A DNA stretch of 64,000 nt from an uncultured Spirochaetota bacterium (GTDB lineage Bacteria > Spirochaetota > Brevinematia > Brevinematales > JAOACQ01): positions 480,001 through 544,000 of the forward strand of contig CAWAOD010000005.1 of the NCBI GenBank assembly GCA_963783575.1, given 5' to 3'. The notes beneath the pieces are model-generated. The model saw only the letters and a list, made by a program, of their open reading frames with translations. It made no database searches and was not told the DNA's origin. A program made the translations under genes and the position numbers. This document shows positions 28,772 through 38,713 of the stretch, piece after piece. Positions within the stretch are counted from its first letter, which is position 1, and each line of letters starts with the position of its first letter.

Positions 28772-31081
28772 ATGGTACAAAGGAAGGAAATGAAATTTTC
28801 ATTCTTTATTTTATTTTTAATTCTGATTATTGTTCCTTATATTTTTGGTGCTGATACAGCCGTAACTAATTACAATACAGGAGCATGGGATGATAAAAGT
28901 GTTCGGATTTCTTTTACAAATCTTAGCTTCACGGAAAGCGAATTTAACCCCGGATATATGATCCGTTCCAATCCTGAAGGAAGCGGTTTTGAATCATATA
29001 CAAATCAGCATTTCCCTGATGAAAAAAGGTTTCATAAGAGGATGATAACTTTAAGAGGTGAATTCTTTCTTGATGAAAATCTTATAAATACCTCGCTTTC
29101 ATTTTTTATTGGACCTACTGAATACCCATTTGCTTTTTATTTAAATCAAAAACTTCTTTTCAGGCATGGTTCAACCGGAAAAAATTATCAGTCAAGTATT
29201 TTTGAAGCCACGGATTACCAGGTTCCGGAAGGGATTTTGAATTACGGAAATAATGTTAATGTAATCTGGATTGAGCTTTATCCGGCTTTTGAGACCGCGC
29301 CTTTTACTTTTCCTGTTCTTGCAGATGAAAGGTCAGCAGCAAAATGGACTTTTATCCGCAGCCTGTTTAACGTACATTTTATTCAATGTGCCGAGATTCT
29401 CGGGGTATTTATAGGCCTGTTTTTTTTGATAAGAAGCTTTTCCAGGAAATTTCACGATAAGGAGTACCTATATTTTTCACTTATGTGCTTATTTTTCAGC
29501 TTCAGCTATTTCAATATTTTTTTCAGCAATAACGCCGCAAATGAATTGCTGAACGAAAAGATCACACGGGTTTGTTTCCCTGCCGCCGCTATGTTTATCA
29601 CGATGTTCATCAGGGAATTTACCGGGCTGACACATAAAAAAAACTGGATTACTCTTCTTTTGATAGCTTCTACAGCTATAGTTTGTTTTTTTACAGCGCT
29701 GCAAACGGCAAAAGAGGCGATATACCAGGTTTTCAGCAAAATCACTTCAAATATAATTATTACACCTTTCCTGATTTACAGCATTATTCTTCTTGTTATT
29801 GCTTACATTAAAAATCGAAAGAATGAATATCTGGCGCTTTTCACTTCATTTGCCATTATTGTCGCGGCAAGCCTTCACGATCTTCATTATTTTAGCGAAG
29901 GAACAACGCCATACTGCTGGCTTGTTCCTTACGGTTATTTTATTCTCATAATCAGCATTTTTGCAATTCTTGCGATGGATGAATATGCTCTTTTCAAGGA
30001 ATCGGTTGACAGGACTGAGGAAATCAGGATTAAAAACGAATCGATGAAGCAGGTAATGGAGAAGATTGAGCTGGTTTCTCAAAATTTGATCAAATCCAGC
30101 GCAGGAATGGAAGACAATATTCATAAGGCTGTAACTGTGATAGGTGATACCAGCGGCAGTAATAAAAAAATACTGCAGGGTATGGTGAAAGAATTATCGA
30201 ATATTGAAAACCTTACAAAACAGATAGCCTTACAGATAGATATAGCCGGCGACAGGATCCCGAAAGCGATTCAAAGCCAGACTTCCATTGTTGAAAAAAC
30301 CAATCAGGCTGTTGAAAAACTGAATTTGCAGATTGAAAAAATGATGGATTCCACTATTAAAACAAATTCTACAGCGCAGGAATTATCCGATATGGCTTTT
30401 GAAAGCAAGGAAATTGTTTTGAAATCAAAGGAGTCTATGAGCAGAATTGCTGAATATTCAAATTTTTTGGTTGAAATACTGGGTAAAATCGAATCTATTG
30501 TGGAGGAAAGCAACGTTCTTTCAATAAATACCGCGATTGAATCGGCCCATGCCGGGGAAATCGGGAAAGGTTTTTCCATTGTCGCATTTGAAATCAGGGA
30601 ACAGGCTGTAAGGTCAAAAGAAAGTCTTGAAGAAAGCCAGATAAAACTGAGGCAAATGAGTTCTTTTATAGAACAGGGTTTGTTGCTGTCCGAAAAAGTA
30701 ACCGCGCTTCTGTTGTCGATTATTGAAAAGGCGGGCCAATCGGCAAAGATGGTCAGCGGCATTTCCGAAGGAATGAGCTGGCAGAAGTCCGAATCCAGAG
30801 CAATTTATGAGGGAGCGAAAAGGCTTCTAAAAGAAACGCTTTCTATTAAGGAATTATCGGAAAATGAACAGAATGAAAATGAAAAACTGAAAGTCTCATT
30901 AAACAGTTTAAAGATATCTTTTGAAGAAATTTCATCAAATATCCGTACTCAATCGGAAAGCGAAGAATTGGTTAATGAAGCAATGGATAAAATCCGTAAT
31001 GTTCTTCTGGAAAACCGGAAGAATAGTGCCATCCTTGAAGAAACACTGCTTCTTGCAAATAAAAGACAGGAACGAACTTAA
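28772..31081 (+). CDS. Methyl-accepting chemotaxis-like protein with extracellular beta-sandwich and 7TM (7TMR-DISM-like) region
   Basis: Signal peptide, FYLNQKLL sugar-binding-like domain, about 7 TM helices, MCP hairpin SNVLSINTAIESAHAGEIGKGFSIVAFEIR; exact start uncertain (28715/28772/28790). Confidence 0.78.
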   Translation: MVQRKEMKFSFFILFLILIIVPYIFGADTAVTNYNTGAWDDKSVRISFTNLSFTESEFNPGYMIRSNPEGSGFESYTNQHFPDEKRFHKRMITLRGEFFLDENLINTSLSFFIGPTEYPFAFYLNQKLLFRHGSTGKNYQSSIFEATDYQVPEGILNYGNNVNVIWIELYPAFETAPFTFPVLADERSAAKWTFIRSLFNVHFIQCAEILGVFIGLFFLIRSFSRKFHDKEYLYFSLMCLFFSFSYFNIFFSNNAANELLNEKITRVCFPAAAMFITMFIREFTGLTHKKNWITLLLIASTAIVCFFTALQTAKEAIYQVFSKITSNIIITPFLIYSIILLVIAYIKNRKNEYLALFTSFAIIVAASLHDLHYFSEGTTPYCWLVPYGYFILIISIFAILAMDEYALFKESVDRTEEIRIKNESMKQVMEKIELVSQNLIKSSAGMEDNIHKAVTVIGDTSGSNKKILQGMVKELSNIENLTKQIALQIDIAGDRIPKAIQSQTSIVEKTNQAVEKLNLQIEKMMDSTIKTNSTAQELSDMAFESKEIVLKSKESMSRIAEYSNFLVEILGKIESIVEESNVLSINTAIESAHAGEIGKGFSIVAFEIREQAVRSKESLEESQIKLRQMSSFIEQGLLLSEKVTALLLSIIEKAGQSAKMVSGISEGMSWQKSESRAIYEGAKRLLKETLSIKELSENEQNENEKLKVSLNSLKISFEEISSNIRTQSESEELVNEAMDKIRNVLLENRKNSAILEETLLLANKRQERT

Positions 31082-31097
31082 ACTGGAGGATTATAAT

Positions 31098-31601
31098 ATG
31101 GAAGCTTTCTTTGAAAGAATCATTTCCAAAAAAAAGGATATGAAGGATATAATTTTTATTATTTGCATTATTTGCGCAGGATTGATTATATTTTCAATAA
31201 TATTGAGGATCAGCTATTTGAGAACTTTCTCAATTGTTCTCTTAGCCGCTGAGATATTTGGCATATATTATTTAATACGTATAAGAAATATAGAATATGA
31301 ATATTCCTTTTCCGGCGGTGATTTGAAGATTGTTAAAATAGTAGCAAAAAGTAAAAGAAGAGAAGTATTCAGTTCAAACTGCAGGGATTTTAATACCGTT
31401 GCCAGGCTGACCGATCCCCGCTATAATCAGGAAATTGGAGGGACTGTTAAAAAATTGGATTTTACAAGTACATTATCTCATCCGGATGTGTTTTTTATCA
31501 CCATTAATTATTCGGGTCAGAAGACAATGCTTTTTTTGGAAATAAATCAAAATATGCTCAAAACTATTAAGATGTTCATTCCTAATAAAGTTTTTGAATA
31601 A
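31098..31601 (+). CDS. Two-TM membrane protein (DUF6106-like)
   Basis: RBS GGAGG; two helices followed by IEYEYSF..GDL.I.KI..KSKRR. Confidence 0.65.
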   Translation: MEAFFERIISKKKDMKDIIFIICIICAGLIIFSIILRISYLRTFSIVLLAAEIFGIYYLIRIRNIEYEYSFSGGDLKIVKIVAKSKRREVFSSNCRDFNTVARLTDPRYNQEIGGTVKKLDFTSTLSHPDVFFITINYSGQKTMLFLEINQNMLKTIKMFIPNKVFE

Positions 31602-31625
31602 GTTAAACAGGAGCCTGGAGGGAAT

Positions 31626-32933
31626 ATGGTCAGGTCTTCTAATGACAGCAGCAGAAAAAATATCAGAGGAAATACTGTTACAGATGCCGAAAACATTCTT
31701 TCGGGAAAAAGTAAAAGAATCGGATTTTTTAAAATACTTCCTTTTTTAGGGCCCGCTTTTATCGCTTCAATAGCATATATGGATCCAGGAAATTTTGCGA
31801 CCAATATTCAGGGCGGAGCGGAATTCGGTTATACACTTTTATGGGTTATACTTGCGAGCAATTTAATGGCAATGCTGATACAGATATTGTCGGCAAAGCT
31901 CGGAATCGCATCGGGACTCAATCTCGCCGAACATTGCAGAAAGAACTATCACCCCATCTTTATTTACGCGATGTGGATTTTAATGGAAATTGTCGCGATG
32001 GCAACCGATCTTGCCGAATTTCTGGGAGCTGCTGTCGGATTTAACTTATTATTCGGCATGCCGTTGTGGATTTCAGGTATAATAACTGCTGTTTTGACTT
32101 TCATTATACTTGGACTTCAGACATACGGCTTCAGGCCTTTAGAAGTTTTGATAACCGTTCTGGTTGGAGTAATTGCTCTTTGTTATCTGATTGAAATATT
32201 AATCAGTCAACCTGAATGGAAAGAAGTTCTTTTCCATACTTTTGTTCCTCAATTCCAGGGAAAAGAAAGCATTTTAATTGCCACAGGAATATTGGGCGCG
32301 ACGGTTATGCCTCATGTCATATTCCTTCATTCATCGCTTACCCAGGGACGGATTTTGACAAAAAACCCGGAACAGCAGAAAAGGCTTTTTAAATTTGAGG
32401 TGATTGATGTATCCATAGCAATGAGTCTTGCGGGATTGATTAATATTGCAATGCTGATAATGGCGGCTTCATCATTTTATCAAAAAGGCCTGATTCATAT
32501 CGATGGATTGGCTGAAGCATACAAAACGCTAATTCCTATCGCCGGTCCAGCAGCCGGGATAGTATTTGCCGTTTCGCTTTTGGCATCCGGACTTTCATCA
32601 TCATCTGTCGGTACTATGGCCGGCCAGGTTATAATGCAGGGATTCATTAAAAAACAGATTCCGGTCTGGATAAGAAGAATCATAACGATAATTCCATCGC
32701 TTATAGTAATATTTTTAGGACTTAATCCCACAAGAACGCTTATCATTAGCCAGGTTGTGCTGAGTTTCGGAATTCCTTTCGCACTAATTCCTCTTATTAT
32801 TTTTACTAGCAACAGGAAAATTATGGGAATTTTGATAAATCATAAGGTTACAACTTATATTACCTGGTTTATTGCCGCTCTAATAATATTATTAAACCTC
32901 TTTTTGATTTTTCAAACATTTTCCGGGGGTTAA
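31626..32933 (+). CDS. mntH: Nramp-family divalent metal transporter
   Basis: AYMDPGNFATN, ATDLAEFLG, GATVMPHVIFLHS and SQVVLSFGIPFA motifs. Confidence 0.95.
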   Translation: MVRSSNDSSRKNIRGNTVTDAENILSGKSKRIGFFKILPFLGPAFIASIAYMDPGNFATNIQGGAEFGYTLLWVILASNLMAMLIQILSAKLGIASGLNLAEHCRKNYHPIFIYAMWILMEIVAMATDLAEFLGAAVGFNLLFGMPLWISGIITAVLTFIILGLQTYGFRPLEVLITVLVGVIALCYLIEILISQPEWKEVLFHTFVPQFQGKESILIATGILGATVMPHVIFLHSSLTQGRILTKNPEQQKRLFKFEVIDVSIAMSLAGLINIAMLIMAASSFYQKGLIHIDGLAEAYKTLIPIAGPAAGIVFAVSLLASGLSSSSVGTMAGQVIMQGFIKKQIPVWIRRIITIIPSLIVIFLGLNPTRTLIISQVVLSFGIPFALIPLIIFTSNRKIMGILINHKVTTYITWFIAALIILLNLFLIFQTFSGG

Positions 32934-32934
32934 T

Positions 32935-33855
32935 ATGTTTAAAAATATTTTAGTTCCACTGGACGGATCATACTTAGCTGAATTTGCATTACCGGTAGCG
33001 CTGATCTTTGCTAAAAAATATAATGCCGCAATCACACTGGTACATATTGTTGAAAATAATCCCCCGGGAAAAGTTCATGGTCAGCATCACCTGCAGAATT
33101 ATGATGAAGCAGTTTCATATTTAAATAAAATTGCCTCTTCATTAGCTGAACCTGAAATTGAGATAAAATGTCATGTTCATGATAATAGTAAAAACGATGT
33201 CGTACAATCTATTGTCGGACATCACACTGAATTAGCCATAGATTTAATTATTATGACAACACATGGCTGGGGAGGTTTCAAGGGTATTATATTCGGTAAT
33301 ATTGCGCAGCAGATTATTACTCTTGGTAATATTCCGGTTTTGTTTATACCTCCCGTATTAAATCGTCCGGATATTAATAATTATTTTATTAAAAATATAC
33401 TTATACCTATTGATGGAACAGAGGAGCATGAAGCGGGCTTATCATTCGCAATTGATATAGCAAAAAATTTCGCGTCGGAACTGCATCTTTTACTCGTTAT
33501 TCCAACCCTATATACCCAGCGGTCAAAAAATCAATCCATCAGCATTTTTTTACCGGCAACCTTCCGGGAGATTTTAAATCTAAATAAAAATAAAGCCGAT
33601 TCATATATTCGGGATAAAATAGAGCAAATAGAAAAAATGGGTATAAAAGTATCCGGGGAAGTAAAACGTGGAAATCCTCCAGCTATAATAGCTAAGATAA
33701 TAAATAAGAGAAATGTTCGCCTTATTGTCCTGAGTACACATGGTAAAGCCGGGTTAAGTGCTTTCTGGGCTGAAAGTGTTGCTGCTAAAATAACAAGCAA
33801 AGTAAGGAACCCGATTCTCTTTGTTCCAATTAAAGAATTGAAGACAGGAACTTAA
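32935..33855 (+). CDS. Tandem universal stress protein
   Basis: Two USP domains (ILVPLDGS...MTTHGWGG; ILIPIDGT...LSTHGKAG). Confidence 0.9.
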   Translation: MFKNILVPLDGSYLAEFALPVALIFAKKYNAAITLVHIVENNPPGKVHGQHHLQNYDEAVSYLNKIASSLAEPEIEIKCHVHDNSKNDVVQSIVGHHTELAIDLIIMTTHGWGGFKGIIFGNIAQQIITLGNIPVLFIPPVLNRPDINNYFIKNILIPIDGTEEHEAGLSFAIDIAKNFASELHLLLVIPTLYTQRSKNQSISIFLPATFREILNLNKNKADSYIRDKIEQIEKMGIKVSGEVKRGNPPAIIAKIINKRNVRLIVLSTHGKAGLSAFWAESVAAKITSKVRNPILFVPIKELKTGT

Positions 33856-33903
33856 TTAATTGAAATATAATTCAGCAGCCCTTGCTCTGTCTTTTTAGTG
33901 AAG

Positions 33904-35319
33904 TTATGCATATTTGTAATTTTGAAACATAATATGCTTTTTCCCGTTTTTAATTATAGTTACACTGGATTGATGCGTGTCAAATACAGCGTGGATATTT
34001 TTATTCATACTTGTACGTATGATTTCAAAATATGAAAGCCCCTTGCTAAAAAAGAAGCTGTCGGCACTTTGATCATTAAGCGGCAGGGAATTTTTTTTAA
34101 GTATTAATAAATCTTTGTAATATTTATTAAAATTATTATTGTTAAAATTTTGTTGTACGGATGAAGAAATCATATTATCATTAATATCACAATTATCAAT
34201 AACCGGAATTCCAGGTGTAAAGAGCTTCATAATATTATAGGGAATTGAAACATTATTTGAAGGAATTGAGGATTCTTTTGAAGACGGCAGACTTTCGAGG
34301 TAAATAATCCTTTTAGAGTTCTGGGGATAATATTGATATTGAGTATAAATATAGTTGCTGAATTCTTCTATATCATAGTATTTTTTGTTTATTTTATCCA
34401 AAATACCGCTCAAATGAGAATCATACGTCAGATCAAACCCGGCAATATAAAGGTCCGGATTGTCCTCTTTTGCCAGCATAAGAATATCGTTTTTTATAGA
34501 TTTTATTTCAGCAATGGTATTATTCCAGAAGCTAAGTGGAAATTTTGTAGCTGTATTGAATTGAAATCCGTCCGCATCATATTTTTGTATCCAGAACTTC
34601 ATACAATGTGTAATGAAATCCATAGTTTGAATCTGATTATAAGGAAAAGGAATATTATCAAAATTAATTATTATTTTAAAACCGATTTTATGAGCATAAT
34701 CGATTAATTTATTAGGAATGAACCCCGAATAATCTGAAAAAAGACAAATTGTATTTATTCCAAGCCCTCTAAGATAAAGCAGATTCTTTATTTGATCGTC
34801 CATTTTATCAGGTGTAATCAATTTTTTAACTGCGATTGTATAAATCATGGCTTTATTTGCCCATTTAGGGATGGGATGAGTAAATTTTTTTGCGATAGAA
34901 GGAACCGATGTTTCTTCCATAATATACGCATTTTTCCACAATCCGAGGGTCTCTTCTTTGATATCTTCGAATTTCAAAACAAGATAATTATGCTCTTCAA
35001 TATAATTTGTTATATCATATGATTGTTTTCCGGATATTCGCTTCATTTCTCCTATATATTTGCCGTTTAACCAGATCTTGCCTTTATCGGTTCCGAAAAA
35101 AACAAGATATGCATATTTGCTGTTAATTTTTTTTATCTGAAATTCCTTTTTAATCCAAGCCGACTTGCTATTACAAAATGGCCTTTCCGTATTATCGACA
35201 GGAAAGAAATAATGAATAAAGTCAATTGGAAAATTACCGGGAATAAACCATTTGTCTTGTTCTCCGCAATCTTTTAAATCCAAAAATAATTTCCAGTCGC
35301 CTCTTAAATTAAATTCCAT
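33904..35319 (-). CDS. GH13 alpha-amylase-like protein with N-terminal galactose-binding-like domain, probably catalytically inactive
   Basis: LRGDWKL...WLNGKYIG N-terminal domain; PKWANKAMIY...LGINTI; DGFQFNTA and MLAKE replace DGFRxD and MLAE. Confidence 0.7.
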   Translation of the reverse strand: MEFNLRGDWKLFLDLKDCGEQDKWFIPGNFPIDFIHYFFPVDNTERPFCNSKSAWIKKEFQIKKINSKYAYLVFFGTDKGKIWLNGKYIGEMKRISGKQSYDITNYIEEHNYLVLKFEDIKEETLGLWKNAYIMEETSVPSIAKKFTHPIPKWANKAMIYTIAVKKLITPDKMDDQIKNLLYLRGLGINTICLFSDYSGFIPNKLIDYAHKIGFKIIINFDNIPFPYNQIQTMDFITHCMKFWIQKYDADGFQFNTATKFPLSFWNNTIAEIKSIKNDILMLAKEDNPDLYIAGFDLTYDSHLSGILDKINKKYYDIEEFSNYIYTQYQYYPQNSKRIIYLESLPSSKESSIPSNNVSIPYNIMKLFTPGIPVIDNCDINDNMISSSVQQNFNNNNFNKYYKDLLILKKNSLPLNDQSADSFFFSKGLSYFEIIRTSMNKNIHAVFDTHQSSVTIIKNGKKHIMFQNYKYA

Positions 35320-35428
35320 AAAATACTCCACCTAAAGATTTTCGAAAGTTTGTCAAATTATTATGATAATTATTATTAGATCAATTTATTCAGACACATA
35401 TTATTATAATACAAATTAAATCGAAACG

Positions 35429-35449
35429 TATCACCCCTCATGGGTGATA
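35429..35449. promoter_or_regulatory. Perfect 8-bp inverted repeat upstream of the GH13-like gene
   Basis: TATCACCC-ctcat-GGGTGATA; operator or terminator. Confidence 0.4.
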
Positions 35450-35538
35450 TAGCAAATATTTTTTAAAAATATACTAGTAAAATATTAAATAATAGAATTT
35501 TGGCTGGAAAATTTTATGGATTTTATTAGAAATGTTTT

Positions 35539-36426
35539 TCAGGCAGATTTTTTGATCAAAAATTCAATGGAATCTGAAAATATTATATTCTCTAACTTTA
35601 TCTCCAGTATTGAAGTGATAAAATTCATCAATTCCAGATCGTTTTTTGTAAATATTCCGTTTTCAGTTTGTTTTTCTGTCAGATTTAAAACACCTATTGT
35701 TTTATCTTTCAAAATTTTTATCGGAAGGATCATAAGTGATTTCTTGTCGTACTGAGGTTTATTCTTTCTACTGATTTCAGGATGCGTTTCAATGTTTGTG
35801 GCATACATTCTTTTTCCGTTTTTAAATGTATACCAGGAAAGTCCTTCCTGTATCTCAATTTCCTTAATATTATCAGCGGAGAAGCCTATCTTGTCGATTA
35901 ATTTTAATTTGTTTTTATCGGATTGGTACATAAAAATAGATATTCTTTTTGCGTTGGTCAATCTGGATGATAACTGGAGAATATCACTAAAAAGCAGGTT
36001 TGTATTGTTTATATGAATAATTTTGATTATCTCGTCAAACTTCATCAATGTTAAATCTTCAATTGAATCTTCTTTTGGATTTTTTGATGAAATATCAGCG
36101 GTTCTTTGACTGGAAATAATAAAACTTTTCAAATCATGGATACTGTTTGTTAATTCTTTAATATCTACAGGTGCTGTCTTTTGTTCCGGCCCGGAAGAAC
36201 TCTTTCTTTCATTGATCAGGTTTAGATAAAAAACACTTGTTACGGCACAAATAAGAAATAAAGAAAACAGCAATATTTTAATATTGAAAATAGTGAATTG
36301 TCCAATAATATTATTTACTGGTAGAGATTTAAATTCCTCAAATAGCATATATCCCCAGATTAATATTATTGAAATGACGGCTAAATCAAGTATAATATTT
36401 AAAACATTTTTCATTTTATTCATCAC
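35539..36426 (-). CDS. Two-TM membrane protein with C-terminal GAF domain
   Basis: RISIFM...EGLSWY...KSLMILPI...IGVLNLTEK...FTKNDLEL GAF pattern; no output domain. Confidence 0.78.
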   Translation of the reverse strand: MMNKMKNVLNIILDLAVISIILIWGYMLFEEFKSLPVNNIIGQFTIFNIKILLFSLFLICAVTSVFYLNLINERKSSSGPEQKTAPVDIKELTNSIHDLKSFIISSQRTADISSKNPKEDSIEDLTLMKFDEIIKIIHINNTNLLFSDILQLSSRLTNAKRISIFMYQSDKNKLKLIDKIGFSADNIKEIEIQEGLSWYTFKNGKRMYATNIETHPEISRKNKPQYDKKSLMILPIKILKDKTIGVLNLTEKQTENGIFTKNDLELMNFITSILEIKLENIIFSDSIEFLIKKSA

Positions 36427-36439
36427 AATCTCCTCTTCT

Positions 36440-36698
36440 TAATAAACGTATAGTCAAATGTTTTCTTTAAAAAAAACTTTATTTCTATAGACCGCTCAAA
36501 TAAATTTGTTCTTAATTGATCATGCTCAAAGCCCACATCGTTATAATGTCCTTCTCCATCCAATTCAATACATAATTTTCTGCCGGACAATAAAAATCTA
36601 ATATATATACGCCTATACTATGATACCTGCGGAACTTTCTTTCTGCCAATTCATTATTTTTAATGTATTTCCAAAGCTTAGCTTCTGACTTCTTTCAT
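36440..36698 (-). pseudogene. DUF559 / Vsr-like endonuclease pseudogene
   Basis: Manual translation across frameshifts: SEAKLWKYI...KFRRYHSIGVYILDFYCPAE / LCIELDGEGHY...HDQLRT; not in the ORF track. Confidence 0.75.
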
Positions 36699-36769
36699 TT
36701 ATTTCTACCACCCCTGTCACCCTCATTATCAAGGATGGGAATTCCTTTCCTAAAATCTCCCCCTTTTTC

Positions 36770-36822
36770 ACCTGTCTGCCGTCTACCTGCCGGAGATCCC
36801 GGCGTAGGCAGGCCAGGCAGGT
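36770..36822. repeat. Nested GC-rich REP-like palindrome
   Basis: ACCTGTCTG...CAGGCAGGT enclosing GTCTAC...GTAGGC and GCCGG-agatc-CCGGC. Confidence 0.6.
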
Positions 36823-36860
36823 AAAACTTTTAAATTACCTTTATAAACCAGATAAGACAT

Positions 36861-36913
36861 TATCTAAAGATAAGTTGATATCTAAAGATAAGTTGATATC
36901 TAAAGATAACTTG
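36861..36913. repeat. 18-bp tandem repeat, about 3 copies
   Basis: TATCTAAAGATAAGTTGA x2 plus TATCTAAAGATAACTTG; the third copy contains the stop codon of the TPR gene. Confidence 0.9.
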
Positions 36914-38618
36914 TTATTTCTTCGCACCTATAAAAATTAATATTTGGCATATTTTCTATTGCTCTCGAGGCTTCGACAGATAAAGGAGAGGTTGAAACAA
37001 GTATAAGCCGGTCAGCCTGATTGCTTTTAAATGCCGTCATAATATTCATTACCGATAGATATCCGACGGGTTCGCTCCACCTTCTGATACAAAAAAGAAC
37101 TCTTGAATCTCGTTTAAATTTTTCCTGGCAAAGCATATCGGCTGCCTGGCCTTCAGTATAAGCCATAGAATCGATTTTTACATTTTGATTGATAACTTTG
37201 AAACCCATATTTTCAGCCAATTTGAGAGATGTGGATAAAAATGTCGGAAAATCGGCTGATAAAAGGGTTTCACAGGGATTATCACCTGAAGGCTGTAACT
37301 CGTTTGAATCTTCATAAAGGCTGCTTCTCTTACTGTCCATGCCTTTATATTTTAGTGATTTTATATTGTCTTCGGTGTATTTCTCTATGATCAAAGTTGG
37401 ATCAAACTTGGTATGCGGCTTTACTCCAAAGAATGTCCATAAAGGATCTTTCTGAACAAAAATATTCTTCCAATCATCAATGATTGTATCCAATTCCTTT
37501 TGCGCATCAATCGCTCTTTGTTCCGTTATGGAATAATCTGTATCAAATTTTGGCGGTTTGTTACCGGTAAAGACATATTTATCCTTTTCTTTTTTATACC
37601 GGTCCAGCGAGGAAACCAGCTCATAAATATGGCTTCTGCTTTCTTTCAGGTGCTGTTTATCCTGATCGCTGAGCTTATCAATATCATTCTCTCCTTCAAG
37701 ATTGATATTTTTTTCTATTTCTTCAAGAGCAATATCGTAATATCCCTGTTGTATCCTGAAAAAAATATATGCCATCTGCAGTTCTTTATTATTTGATTCG
37801 ATATTAAGGACATTATTAAGATTCTTTAACTGTTCAAACAGCTCACGTGCAGTATCGTAATTTTTATTCTTGAAATAAATAAGAAATAATATTTTTATTG
37901 AAAAATAGAGTTGTTCATTTGAAAGCTGGCTTTTTTCAGAATTTATTATATCTTCAAAAAATTCCCTGGATTTTTGAAGCCCATCGTTTTTAAAATATAC
38001 AAAAGCAATTATAAATCTGGTTTCTAAACTATTCTGATCGAAGCGGATGGATTCTTCAAGTAAATTAAGAGCATCGTTAATTCGATCGATCATAATATTG
38101 CATAAAGCATAATTCCTTAAAAAATCAGGCTGGTTTTTTAAGAATTGAGCTGTTTTATCAAAATAAGTAAGAGCCCGGTGAAAATATTTTTGAGAGTAGA
38201 TAATCATTGCAATATTTTCAAGTACATCTTTTGATGACTGAACATACTGATAAGCCTGAAAAAGATTATCCAGAGCTTCCTGATCCCTGCCGATATTTTT
38301 ATACAGGAGACCCGTACGGCGATATAATTCAAATAATGTAAAAAGTTTGGTTTCTTTTCCAATTTCAATTAGTTTTGAGTAATATCCAATCGCTTCCGGA
38401 TAATGTTGCTTCTCTTCATTTATATTACCCAGATGCCAGAGTGCTTCCATATCATTCGGATTCTTTTTCAATGAGTCCATAAATATCGAAAGAGCAGTTT
38501 CCAGATCTCCGGATTCAACTGCTTTTTCCGCTTTTTTTATCTTCATGTCCTGCAATGTTGAAAATAAATAATATCCGACTAAAAATAAAAGAGCTAACAA
38601 AATAATGATAAATTCCAA
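36900..38618 (-). CDS. Membrane-anchored TPR protein with C-terminal Mrr-like (restriction endonuclease fold) domain
   Basis: N-terminal TM, multiple TPRs, C-terminal F...LAENMGFKV...ADMLCQ...IRRWSEPVG...LVSTSPLS.EA; TTG start with GGAGG. Confidence 0.7.
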   Translation of the reverse strand: MEFIIILLALLFLVGYYLFSTLQDMKIKKAEKAVESGDLETALSIFMDSLKKNPNDMEALWHLGNINEEKQHYPEAIGYYSKLIEIGKETKLFTLFELYRRTGLLYKNIGRDQEALDNLFQAYQYVQSSKDVLENIAMIIYSQKYFHRALTYFDKTAQFLKNQPDFLRNYALCNIMIDRINDALNLLEESIRFDQNSLETRFIIAFVYFKNDGLQKSREFFEDIINSEKSQLSNEQLYFSIKILFLIYFKNKNYDTARELFEQLKNLNNVLNIESNNKELQMAYIFFRIQQGYYDIALEEIEKNINLEGENDIDKLSDQDKQHLKESRSHIYELVSSLDRYKKEKDKYVFTGNKPPKFDTDYSITEQRAIDAQKELDTIIDDWKNIFVQKDPLWTFFGVKPHTKFDPTLIIEKYTEDNIKSLKYKGMDSKRSSLYEDSNELQPSGDNPCETLLSADFPTFLSTSLKLAENMGFKVINQNVKIDSMAYTEGQAADMLCQEKFKRDSRVLFCIRRWSEPVGYLSVMNIMTAFKSNQADRLILVSTSPLSVEASRAIENMPNINFYRCEEITSYL

Positions 38619-38713
38619 AAACTGCCCTCCAAATGAAAGAGCATTAAAACTAATATTTAAATTTAATAACTAACAATTAGATTATTATATTAATAATCTA
38701 TTAATGAAAATAA

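Noticed and set aside
36861..36913. CRISPR array
   Set aside because: Repeats are directly tandem with no spacers, and no cas genes are in the window.
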